Source of the DNA: Lytechinus pictus
Taxonomy: Eukaryota
Direction: 5' to 3'
DNA length: 64,000 bases
Assembly (NCBI RefSeq): GCF_037042905.1
Contig: NC_087246.1
Location: forward strand, 25,048,001 to 25,112,000
Part shown: piece by piece, positions 13,001 to 25,000 of the stretch
How positions within the stretch are numbered: position 1 is the first letter of the stretch
Layout: each line of letters opens with the position of its first letter
Translations under genes and position numbers: made by a program
The notes under the pieces: generated by a model
Database searches by the model: none
Seen by the model: the letters and a program-made list of their open reading frames with translations, nothing else
What the model was told of the DNA's origin: nothing

Positions 13001-16000
13001 TGCTCCATGGCTACACGGATCCAACGATTCCATAACAAGACACCGCAACGCTTTCATACCAGACGGAGCGGGGATCATAAAGGTGGGCTAGTACACACTC
13101 ATCGAATTCAAAATTACCACAGACTAAAGAGGTGTAAACTATGTCATTATGTTTTTTGAATGATCACAAACTACATGTACATCTTGGAAGTCTCTAGATT
13201 ATAAGCTATATGAATGGTGAAATATGTGCTTGCATTCATCTGTTTTAAATGTGTTGAATTATCCGATATTTAAAAAAATATGAGACAAACTCTTCACTTG
13301 GGACTGAATGATCCAACAATGACCACATGTTTGAGAAGTATGATTCATGTCCAATATTAAATATTTTTAAATACATCTTTATAAACCTAATTGATGCTTG
13401 ATTCCTTCAAATCTTGTGAGCCTGAATTTGAAACTTGATGTATTCATTTCAGATAATTCCATGCATAGAGAAGAAGTTCAGAAGCCCAGATTGACTTGTC
13501 CCAAGACCCCTAACCTTGAAAGCAGGAATCGTAAGCGTGCCATCACTGTACAGAGTGCGGCTGAAAAAGAAGAGCAAGAACTCCAAGAAATGCAAAGGTA
13601 ATTATAGTATACTTCTGTAGTTTGAAAGGATTTATTTCTATGAGGAGCTGTCCTTAATCACACATTGAACCTCCTGCCAGCTTCAGAATTGTCTTTAAAA
13701 ATGTGTCAGTTTATAAGAAGAAAATTATGGTTGTACAGTTTATTGAAGTTGAAAAACAGGAATGCTTGAATCCATACTTTAATAATCTTGTGTTTTTTGT
13801 TGAAATATTGTATGAATATTGTAAATACATGTAATAGCTGAAAATTCTTTATCATTTTATTACTTTACATGACTGCATGTTTGAAATGATGCATTAGGGG
13901 TCAGAAACCAGAAATTATTTGGCCTTGGTGTTATGATAACATGGATATCGCTTTTTAGGCAAAGCAAAGGGGAAGTTCACCCTGACAATAACTTAGTCAT
14001 ATTGGTAAAGGTTTGATGAAGTACTGTAAAAAAATTCACATCTGTTTTATTCTTTGATAAATTTTTCATCAAAACTTGACCAATATGCTTTCTCTTGTTG
14101 TTCTGCTTTTATCAAAAGATGAAAACCAACTTATCACGGTGAACTTCACCTTTAACTTGTATCCTTATAGTAAATAATCACAGAATGTGGGCCTAATACA
14201 TGTAGTAGTATCTGAAGGCAATGTGGATAACTTATCACACTTTTTTTTCTGTGCAGTTATAAATTCAAAGCCAAGCCTGTGAACCCCAAATTGATGAACA
14301 ATCGCAATATCGGACTCAAGATGCCTACCCACAAGGAGCCTACAAAAGCCGTAGGATTCAACCTAGAGAGTGAAAGACGGATGAAGGAACGTGAGACAAA
14401 GAAGATGCAGGAAGAAGAGGAGAAAGAAGAAGAACAACATTATGAATTCCATGCCAGACCAGTGTCTACTAAGATGCTAGAAGGACCAGTGGTAAGTGGT
14501 TCTTTCTCAGTGCCTGAATGATTTTCAGTTGTTCAAATGTATGATTGATTTATATAATGACTAACCGCAGCGATGAGTGGAAGTATCTTGGTCAAGTGGT
14601 TCCTCACTCACGCCGTATAATCAGAAGGGTCTTGGGTTCAAACCTGGTCATTGCATTTTTTTCCGGCAAGAATTTATCCACATTGTTCTACACTACACAG
14701 ATTAATGGGTACCTGGCATATTCTTTTCTTGAAATGCTTGTGCACCTGGAATGTAGACAGCTAAAGCCAGAGTAACAATGAACATTACTTCCTTGAGCAC
14801 TATGCAGTGTGGATATGATCACGTGATAAGCTGACCTAAAAATGATACCTGTCTTGTTTTGTTACATGGTAATCTAAGATTCCTACTTGAGCAGCAACCA
14901 TCGCAAGAGCATGTTGTTTTTATTTGTTCAAATTGCTTTCTTTTGATTCTAAATGAAATGAAATGGGGAATAATAGTGATAAATTACAGTTATACTAATG
15001 TTGTAACCCGCAAGTGAAAACCCGAACCGTACCGTCCCGTATAATCCAATAATTTGCAAGCGGGACCCGCTGACCCGTCGGGTTTTAACCCGTAGGACCT
15101 AAGTAAATTTATCTTTGAAAAATGAAAATTATTTCTGCAATCCCCACACTATACAGGCTCAAATCACGAAAATATATGCCAACTACTAACCTAGCCTAGA
15201 GTGAATTTACTTACAATTTGCAAATTCGCCTTTTATTCCGGAGAGAAAATGTTTTTTTGGTTACTTTGTACCCGAAATGGGTCGGCTCTGATCTCGTAAT
15301 CGAAAGCATTGCGCAATTAACTCCTCGGATCGGAGCCGCAGCTCAGCGCGCGCTAGCTACATGTAGCCCAGGCTGCCCAGCAAATTCGATGTTCAGTTTC
15401 CCGTCGCCCGCCCGCGTTATGAAATTTGGACCGCGTTTAAAAATCAAATTCTGAAAATAATTCATTATTTTACTATTTTGACATAGATCTAGATTCAGAA
15501 CTGATATAAAACATTAATATAAGCTTTTCAGTCACAATTACTTGTATATCATGTAAATACCTGTAATTCTTTTCTTGTGAATGGAATGACACTGCATGCT
15601 CAACCACACCTCGAGCGATGTTCGTGCAGGCTCCACTCAACTTCACTTCTGCTACACTACGCTCTACCTACCCGATGTAGCGGTAGTGAAGTGGAGTGGA
15701 GCCTGCACGAACATCGCTCGAGGTTTGGTCGAGCTACCTCAATAAATCCCATAGTCTAGTAACCCCGCATTGGTGAGTTGTCATACGGCATATCAGACAA
15801 AAAAAATCATCAAACAAAACTCAATCTGTTTTACAAGGCCGACGGGAGGCTCACGCACGTACGCATTGGCGCTTGTACTAGCTAGCCAGTCTGAGCTCTG
15901 TCTCTCTGCCAGAGCTCTGGGGGACAATTCGCTCTGTAAAGGCCTCAATGATGGTGATTTTATGTTTCAGACAGAGTTTATATTTCGGGAATATTATTCA

Positions 16001-19000
16001 AAACTGCCAATAAAGTTGTAATGAGATGAGTTGTATCTATTTGTACTGCGCGTATGTACACCCCTTTGCATGCGGGGTAAGGCGCGGCACTGTCCGAAGT
16101 AATAAATAAAGGATTAGTCAACTTGTATTATGGAACCTTAACAAATTGCCTTCGAGTCCTTATTTGTATGGGAATACAAATCACAACATGGTGGCAGCGG
16201 TGCAGAACTTTTATCATAGAAATGACTGGATCGATTTGATTCGATATATCTACCCTAAAGATCAGATGAGAAACGTTTTATATTGTGCCGTGTGATTGAC
16301 GGAATTGACTGAACCGGCCTGGTTGTTTGAGCGAAAGCCCAGTGAGACACCGTGCCGAAGTCTTCCCGTTGTGTGCCGAAGGAATCCACTACGGCGCTTG
16401 GGGTGATACGTTATGGTACACACACCCATGAACTTTTCAAGCGCAGGTTGCCATGACATCGACGCGGACTGATATTGATTGGTCAAGCATCGCGACATAA
16501 ATTATGTTGATGAGGATCGTCGACGTCACAATACGACCGGACGGGACCCTTTTGTGATAACGTCTACATCTAGCTCTTTATTGGGAACGACAAGTAGACC
16601 AAGACTTGCTGAACTGGATCCCGGTGAAATTGAGATGTAACAGAGGGCCTGCAGTTCCATCATAAGAGAGACTTTCCATAAGTTTCCACGGGCTGCCTAA
16701 CTGAGTATCAGATTCAGAATGTTCAATGATTATGAATCTTAGATTCCAGTTGAGACAATGAGAGACAAATTGGGTGGTTGACTTAGACTGGATCTGCCAG
16801 AAGATAAATTTCACAGATGACAAACTAAGACTAAGTGACCGCGTCAGTGAGTATGTGAAAGGACATGTCAAAATCAGAGCCTATCTATTTCAAATGAGGA
16901 ACTGAGACTATGAATGTATATTGAGCATTGAGGACACTTTCTATTGAATTTGATGTTCTTACTCTTTCTATTGAAATTGATATTCCTTGATGTGTTAGAC
17001 TTAAGGCAATTCCCTGAAATTATTTATGTATGAATGATGAATTATTACATGTTTCTCTATTTTGTATGTAGACTATATTTGATGTATGGATTCTAGATTT
17101 AGATCTAAGGTGTAACACAAGGTTTTACCAAACAGATCTGTACACAAATCTTCATCTGCACAAAAGAGAAAATTAAGCAAATTTATCACACACAAATAGT
17201 GACGAGTTAATAATTTCAAAATGGGGGAAATGACCGGTATTATACCACCTTGTATGGACTGGAAGTCCCAAGATCCTCCGTCATCTTTTCAGAATTTTAG
17301 ACAATATTGTGAAGTAATTTTCAAAGGTCCATTGTCAAAGAAATCAGATGAAGAGAAATGCAATTATACTCTCCTGTGGCTAGGACAAGAAGGGATACAA
17401 GTATATAAGTCCTGGGCTAAGGAATTCAAAACGCCTGATGAGATTTTTGAAGCTTTCTCCAAGCATTTTGAGCCTAAATCAAACTTCCGTGTGAGTAGAT
17501 TCAACCTCCAGAAGTTCAGACAAGATCAACATGAGACAGTTGATGATTTTGTGGCCAGGTGTAAACTTCAAGCAAGGAAGTGCAAGTTTACAGATGCTGA
17601 AATGGAAGAACGTCTCATCGAACAACTCATCATTGGTACCAAGCATGTCAAGGTTCAAGAGAGACTCTTGGGAAAAGACGAAACACTCAAGATGGATGCA
17701 GCACTTGACACGGCCAGGACACATGAAGCAACAGAAAGCCACATGAGCATGATGAAGGCTGTTGGGAACCCCAAGATGAACATGGACGCAGTTCGAAAGA
17801 AAACACACACCGAAAGTAAGTGGCAGAAGAAATGCCAAAACTGTGGTAGATCTCATCCGAGTAAGCAGTGCCCAGCATATGGTACCCAATGTCGCGGATG
17901 TGGAGGACAGAACCACTGGCAGAAGTGTTGCAGGAAATCTTCCCATGGAAAGAAAACCACCTCGGGAAAATCATATCAGAAGAAGCAACAGGGTGAGAAG
18001 TATGAGATGGGACCAAAGAAATACCAAGGTCGCCATTCATCAAAGCAAGTACATGAAATGCAAGAGGATGATTATCCAGAGGACGAGATTGAAGTATGCA
18101 GATTTGAGACAATTACTATCGATTACATTGAGAAGGATGAAGCTTTTGCAGACATCGATATCATGCTTAAGCCAAAGAAACCAGCAGTCCTAAAGGTTAA
18201 AGTGGATACAGGAGCCCAAGGAAACCTCCTACCTTTACGTCTGTATAAGCTAATGTACACAGACCGAGTGGGCAAAGATGGCCGACCACTACCTGGGATG
18301 CTCAAGAAGTCAAGGACAATTGTTACAGGATATGGCCAGAAGGTTATACCATTGCTCGGAATCCACACAATCACATGCATGCGAGGCAACAAGAAGATTG
18401 ATGCGAGATTCTATGTGGTGAATGCTGATGGACCAGCCCTAGGAGGATTGCCATTATCGCTGAAGTTGGGTCTTGTGAAAATGAACTGTGAGGTGAAGGA
18501 GTCCTCAGACTGCACTATCACAGACAAGGAGCAGTTGAGAAAACTCTACCCTGATCGATTTGAAGGCATAGGACAGTTCAGTGGAGAATATCACATAGTC
18601 ATTGATAAAGATGTACAGCCTGTCATACACCCTGCAAGGAGATGTCCAATACATATCAAAGATGAGATAAAACAAGAATTGGACGAGATGGAAAAACTAG
18701 ATGTGATAGAGCCTGTTTTCGATCCAACAGATTGGGTATCTAGTTTGGTTTATGCCCAGAAACCAAATGGACGTTGGCGTGTATGTCTGGATCCCAAAGA
18801 CCTCAACAAGGCAATCAAGCGAGCGCATACCACAATTCCTAACCTAGAGGAGATAAAACACAAGTTTGCAGGAGCTCAGGTATTTTCAACGCTCGATGCC
18901 AAGCACGGATACTGGTCAATAAAGCTGGATGATGAATCAAGTACCCTTACTACCTTTAACAGTCCATTCGGCAGGTACAAATTCAAAAGACTTCCGTTTG

Positions 19001-22000
19001 GATTGTCTGTATCCCAGGATATATTCCAGCAGAAGATGGACCAGATACTAGAGAAATGTCCGGGGGTAATAGGCCTAGCTGATGACGTCGCCGTCATTGG
19101 AGCAAACTCAGAAGAGCACGACCAGAATCTACACCATCTCATGCAAGTAGCAAGGGAACATGGTCTAGTATTCAACATAGAGAAGTGTAGAATCAAGAAG
19201 GACCAGATCCGATTCTTTGGATTGATTTTTGACAAGGATGGTGTTCACCCAGACCCTCGGAAGACTGCAGCCATTGATGCCATCAAGGCACCAGCAAGTA
19301 CGAAGCAGTTACAAGAGTTCCTCGGAATAGTGACCTACATGTCTCCATTTATCCCCAACCTTGCAACACAAACAGCCCCACTTAGAGAGTTGATGAAGAA
19401 GGATGCAATCTTTGCATGGACAGCATCGCATCAACAGGCATTCGAGTCCATCAAGAAGCTGATCAGTGATGAAGTCACCCTAGCGTATTTCAATCCTGAG
19501 GAAGATGTGGTGATCGAGGTTGACGCTTCATCTAGAGGACTCGGGGCTGCCTTGACACAGAAAGGCAGACCTATAGCCTTTGCATCAAAGTCACTGACTG
19601 ACACAGAGAGAAGGTACGCCAACATCGAGAGGGAAATGCTCGCTGTGATATTCGCTTGCGAGAAATTCCATACATTCGTGTATGGCAAGCCATTCAAGAT
19701 TCTTTCTGACCACAAGCCACTTGAGATGATTCATCTAAAGAACCTCGGAGCAGCTCCCCCAAGGTTACAGAGGATGCTTCTACGCCTTCAAGGTTACGAT
19801 GTAGTCATCAAATACAAGCCTGGACGTGAGATGTTGTTATCTGACGCAATGTCCAGACTCAATCCCCTACCAGGTCCGACTATAGAAACACCAGTGCGCA
19901 TCAATCATGTCATGTTTTCTGAAGAGAAAATTCAGCAAGTTCGAAATGCAACTGCCCAAGATGATGAGTTATGCGCATTGAGAGATGTCATCCTTCAAGG
20001 TTGGCCTGGAGATCGACGTGATGTAGCACAACCACTGAGAAAGTACTGGGCATACCGAGATGAATTGTCCATTGAAGATGGTGTGTTGCTCAAGGGGTCA
20101 AGAGTGTTCATTCCAAAAGCCATAACACAAGAGTTTCTAGACAAACTACACGATGCACATCAAGGAGTGATAAAAAGCCAGCTACTAGCCAAAAATTCCA
20201 TCTACTGGCATGGCATAAATTCACACATTGAAGAAAGAGTGAAGTCATGTCCAATATGCCAGGAATATGGAAAGTCACAAACACCAGAACCACTGCATCC
20301 TCATGACATCCCGACAAGACCTTGGCAAGTCATCGCAACCGATCTATTTCACCTGGATGGGAAGGAGTATCTGTTGGTTGCGGACGTCTACTCCAAGTTT
20401 CCGATCGTGAAGAAACTCCAGCATACAACAAGTGCCAATATCATCAGTTTGATCAAAGAAATATTTTCAGAACAAGGCACACCTGAAAAGTTATTGAGTG
20501 ACAATGGCCCACAATACAGTAGCGCACAGTTCAAGACCTTCGCTGAAGAATGGAGGTTCACTCACATAACCTCAAGTCCAAGATACCCCCAGTCCAACGG
20601 TTACATTGAACGACAGGTCAAGACCATCAAGACAACAATGATGAAAGCAAAGCAAGCCAAGCAGGACATCAACAAAGCCTTGCAATACTTGCGAGCCACT
20701 CCCATTGACCATCACCTACCATCACCAGCAGAAATACTGTTAGGCAGGAAGATACAATCAGATCTTCCAACTAGGATCAGAAACCACGATCCTAACAGAG
20801 ACGCTATCAAAGAACGCCTCCAAGCAAGACAAGATCAGCAGAAGACCTACTATGACAGGAACACACGTTCCCTTCCACCACTACATCAGGGACAACAGGT
20901 TCGAGTGCAGAATCAGGAGAGCGGAAAATGGGAAAAAGGAACAATCCTTAACAAGAGACCTGAACCTAAATCTTATGAAGTACGAACACCTAGTGGTCAA
21001 ACTCTACGCCGCACCCGTAGGCATATCCGGGAAACCGGAGAAAAACATGAAACGCAACATGAAACAGAACAGGTCATTCCACAGCCTGATCATGACAGTA
21101 CTGATGCAAGTAGTGATACACTCAATTCACAAAAGTTCAGTGACAAACAAACTCAAGACACACATGTCAGAAAAAATGGCAGACAATCCCAGAACACATA
21201 TATCACTAGATCAGGTCGTCATGTGCACAGACCTGAACGTTTTGACCCTTAAGTGTATTATATGTAAATATGTTTAGGCACGCAAAGTTAAAAGTGCTAA
21301 AAGCTTGTTAAATATTATTAATATGTACGATGATTCAGATAACTAAGAACTGGAAATTTTTTTGCAAACAATTTACGTTAAAATTTATATGTGGATTGAT
21401 GCACTACAAAGCAAAACAAGTGTGTTTTAAAGAGTTCAAACTTTTAACTGTTCATTTTTATAGTGAAAAATAATTGCCGAAATCATTGGCATTGTCTGGA
21501 ATTTTTTTTGGTTAACATTGATGAAAAGAGAGATTTTCAATAGTTGAAGGATTGAGCATATGTACAGTTTTTTTTTGGGAGGGATAAGTTTTGTGAAAAT
21601 GTATGACATATGATATTGCAAATGAATAGGAAATGTGCATGCCTAAAAGCTTTTGCAAGTGAGAAGAAATTAAGTAACCAAAAGAAATCATTCCAAAATG
21701 TTATGGAACCTGTTCAAATTGTTTTTAAGGATAAACACGATGTTGTTAAAAGAAGGGAGATGTAATGAGATGAGTTGTATCTATTTGTACTGCGCGTATG
21801 TACACCCCTTTGCATGCGGGGTAAGGCGCGGCACTGTCCGAAGTAATAAATAAAGGATTAGTCAACTTGTATTATGGAACCTTAACAAATTGCCTTCGAG
21901 TCCTTATTTGTATGGGAATACAAATCACAACAAAAGTTAGATGATTTCTTCATTGTCATGTATATTTAAGTTATTAATGAGTTCATTCTCACCAAATTTA

Positions 22001-25000
22001 GACTCCCCCATAGAGAAATGCAATTTTCGTGGAGATCTGCGTTTTCAAAGAACATCAGGAAAAGTTAGGGTATGTGGGCCTTTATTACATGGCCAAGTAC
22101 TGGAATTAGATGGAGTAGAAATTAGATATTGAATTCATTTATATCCAAGTTCAACTCATAGTCACACCCACACAAACACACCCACATCCAAGATTCTAAG
22201 CATGAAAAAAATAACTTTAAAATCATGCAATATTAAACAATAAGTAATAATTAATTTAATAAGTGAACAGGGATTCCTCAAAATACAAAAACGTAGCATT
22301 TGAAAAGAGCCCCCGAAATGAAAAAAGTAGCCTCCAAAACGGTAGAAATGGAGACCCTGAAATATTATAAAAAATGAAAATTGAACCCCCGAAAAAAAAT
22401 GATTGATTTGCTCCCTGGCTTCAAGACAGTTCCACAGAATAAACGTGCGTTCAAAGGTTACAAAAGGTCAAACTTTCATCTTCTGGAAAATAATGAATAA
22501 TGAAATCCTCATTATGAGCTGGAAAAAATGGGACGGGAAACTCGACATCGAGTTTCATTGGCCTATGCGATTGCTTTTTCAACTAGATCGACTACTGTGC
22601 TGCGCTGCACTGGCGCGCGCTCCTTCTTCGAAAGAGCAACTGATGTATTTATGTCGAACTGTCTCAGTCCTGTTCACTGTTCACAAGACAAAAATACGCC
22701 AGCATTTTTTTAAAAGGAAATATCTACGTCTCTAAAAGAATCCGCCACGTAAGAAGCACATGATCCTAACTCAATTTTCATTGTTAATGTTTTTATTATG
22801 TGTCGTTACTTCTCCCTTTTTTTTCGCATGACGGTCTGCGGGTTTGAGAATGAACTCGGCCCGGCCCGCAACCCGCGATCGGGGGCATACCGGCAGGTTA
22901 ACCCGTACCGCAACGGGTGCGGGTTACAACATTAAGTTATACCTTCAGATATCTCAACTGCATTCCTTGAGTGACTATCACAAGTGAACAGAATTATCAT
23001 TTAAAAAAATGACTTTGCATGGTCGGAAAGTGTTTGATGAAGTCTGTCATATAAAAAGTATACTGCTAGGTTGTATTACAGACGCATGCAACAGAAAAGA
23101 TTTTAAAATGTCTCCTTGCCAATTACCTGTATGCCTTGTTTAGGGAATTGCTTCATATATTCTACCACTGGTATATGACAGATCAAGTTATTTGTTTCCT
23201 ATTGCTTATTAGATATTCTTGTAATGTTTGATATTTCAGGGAATCGGTCCAGCCAAACCACGCACACTGACTTGCCCCAAGTCTCCTGCCTTTGCACTGA
23301 AGAACAGGGTTAGAATCAAGGAGGACATTGTTGAACCTGAGGTATGTCAATCCAGAATAAAAGGGGATTGAACAACGGGAGGTTCGGTTTTAATTCCCAG
23401 TTGAGTCATCCCAAAGACTTTTAAAAATGGGACCCTCTGCCTTCTAGACATGCTTGGTATGAAGGAATGAAAAAAGGATAATGATGAAATTTTAAGCAGG
23501 GCCTGCTAGAGATATCTTAAAGCTAAATGACAGTAGTTGCAGTAAAATACTGATTTCGAGAGAAAGTCTGTAAAACCAAGGTTAAGTATTACTATATCAT
23601 CGTGGATCTAGATCTGGTACAGTTACATAAAATGAACTTTGTGAAATCATAATATCTAAGCTAAAAAACGATCACACTGAAGATCGCCAACACAGATAGG
23701 CACACGCGGGACAGTGTATTATTATTGTTGAAATAAATACCCGACGGAAGTGACAGAATCCGCGCTTATTTTGCTTATTTCTCAGCAATTACACAATTTC
23801 TTCCAGAATCCTTTGGCACATATTTTTTATTCATACAAACGAGACACTTTGGTGCTCATTATATTAAATTCTGTAAAACGTCATTTTGAGATCGTCCCCA
23901 AAACTGGAATTTATCTTTAACCCTAAATAGACTGGGCTATTTCGATGCCTAAGAAGACTGGGGGGGGCTGATTCAGCCCCCCCTATGATCTCAGCCGTCG
24001 ACTGCGCGATCGCGACGAAAATTGGCACGAGCATTACCCATGGCATAATCTCCAAGTCTGTAGGATCAATTTTTCCGAAAAATCTCATAATTCATTGATT
24101 ATGCTAATTTATGCGTAAAATCCAAGATTTGCTCTAATTAACTAAATAAGGCCTCTAAACTGCTAATTTTTTATTCACAGACTCTTTGAAGGATTCTGAT
24201 CAAATGTACTTAAAAGAAAATTCAATATCACAATTCTTTTCTTATGTATTTTATTGTTTTTCAAATTTCTTATGTATTTCTTTGTTTTTCGACTTTTTGT
24301 ATTTTATTGTTTTTTCAATGGAAATCGTCCGCTACTTTATTTTGACCATAAACAAGATGAAATTAATTGAGTTTGATTAGTAAAATTGAAAATAATGATA
24401 CATTTATGAATTTTGGCTAAAAACACAATTTGCATTGGATTTGTACACAAATTCACGTTTTTGAGCAATTTTGGGTCGACATGCACTTACAAAATCAGGG
24501 ACTCGATTTTAAGGCGCGCGAGAGCGATCGCGCGCTACATGCGCGCCTTAATCCATTTTAGGTAGCGCGATTAATAGCGCGCCTCGCGATCGCTGAGCTG
24601 CGCAGAAATGCCTAAAGTCCCCCTCGAAATCACCCAAAATCATTGCCGAGTGATAACAACTCAACGGCCATGTTCGAGCTCCGCTTACCATTTAAAAATC
24701 ATCCAATATCCACACTCAAATTCATGAATAAGCCTTGAAAATAGCGAGGAGCGCAGTTTCAAATTCCGAAGTTGCGTCTTTTTGTCTGTACCACGTATTT
24801 CCATACACATGGTACCAGGTACGGAAAAAAAAAATCAACACAACGGTCGGGAAACAGTTGCATGTATAGGGTCCATTATGACTACCACGCACGTGCACCA
24901 TGTGCAATTTATAATGCACATGTTTCCAATTCCCCTACACTACAGATATCACAATTCAGAGTCTAGTAACCTAGCATTGGTGAGTTGTCATTCGGCTTTG

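Larger units (their letters stand above)
16017..21932 (+). mobile_element. Full-length Ty3/Gypsy LTR retrotransposon (Mag/SURL-like)
   Basis: Two identical 172-bp TG..CA LTRs, a 5-bp TSD AAAGT (16012-16016 and 21933-21937), a PBS, a PPT and one uninterrupted gag-pol ORF. Confidence 0.97.
14996..22934. mobile_element. Non-autonomous hAT-like DNA transposon (~2.0 kb without its cargo) interrupted by the Gypsy element
   Basis: 17-bp perfect TIR TAATGTTGTAACCCGCA (14996-15012) / TGCGGGTTACAACATTA (22918-22934). 8-bp TSD AGTTATAC at 14988-14995 and 22935-22942. Subterminal ACCCG repeats at both ends. Confidence 0.88.

Noticed and set aside
17479-21277. Overlapping and antisense ORFs within gag-pol (e.g. 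17479-17946 -, 20852-21277 +)
   Set aside because: These are shadow frames of a long coding sequence with no recognisable motifs, and no env-like ORF is present.
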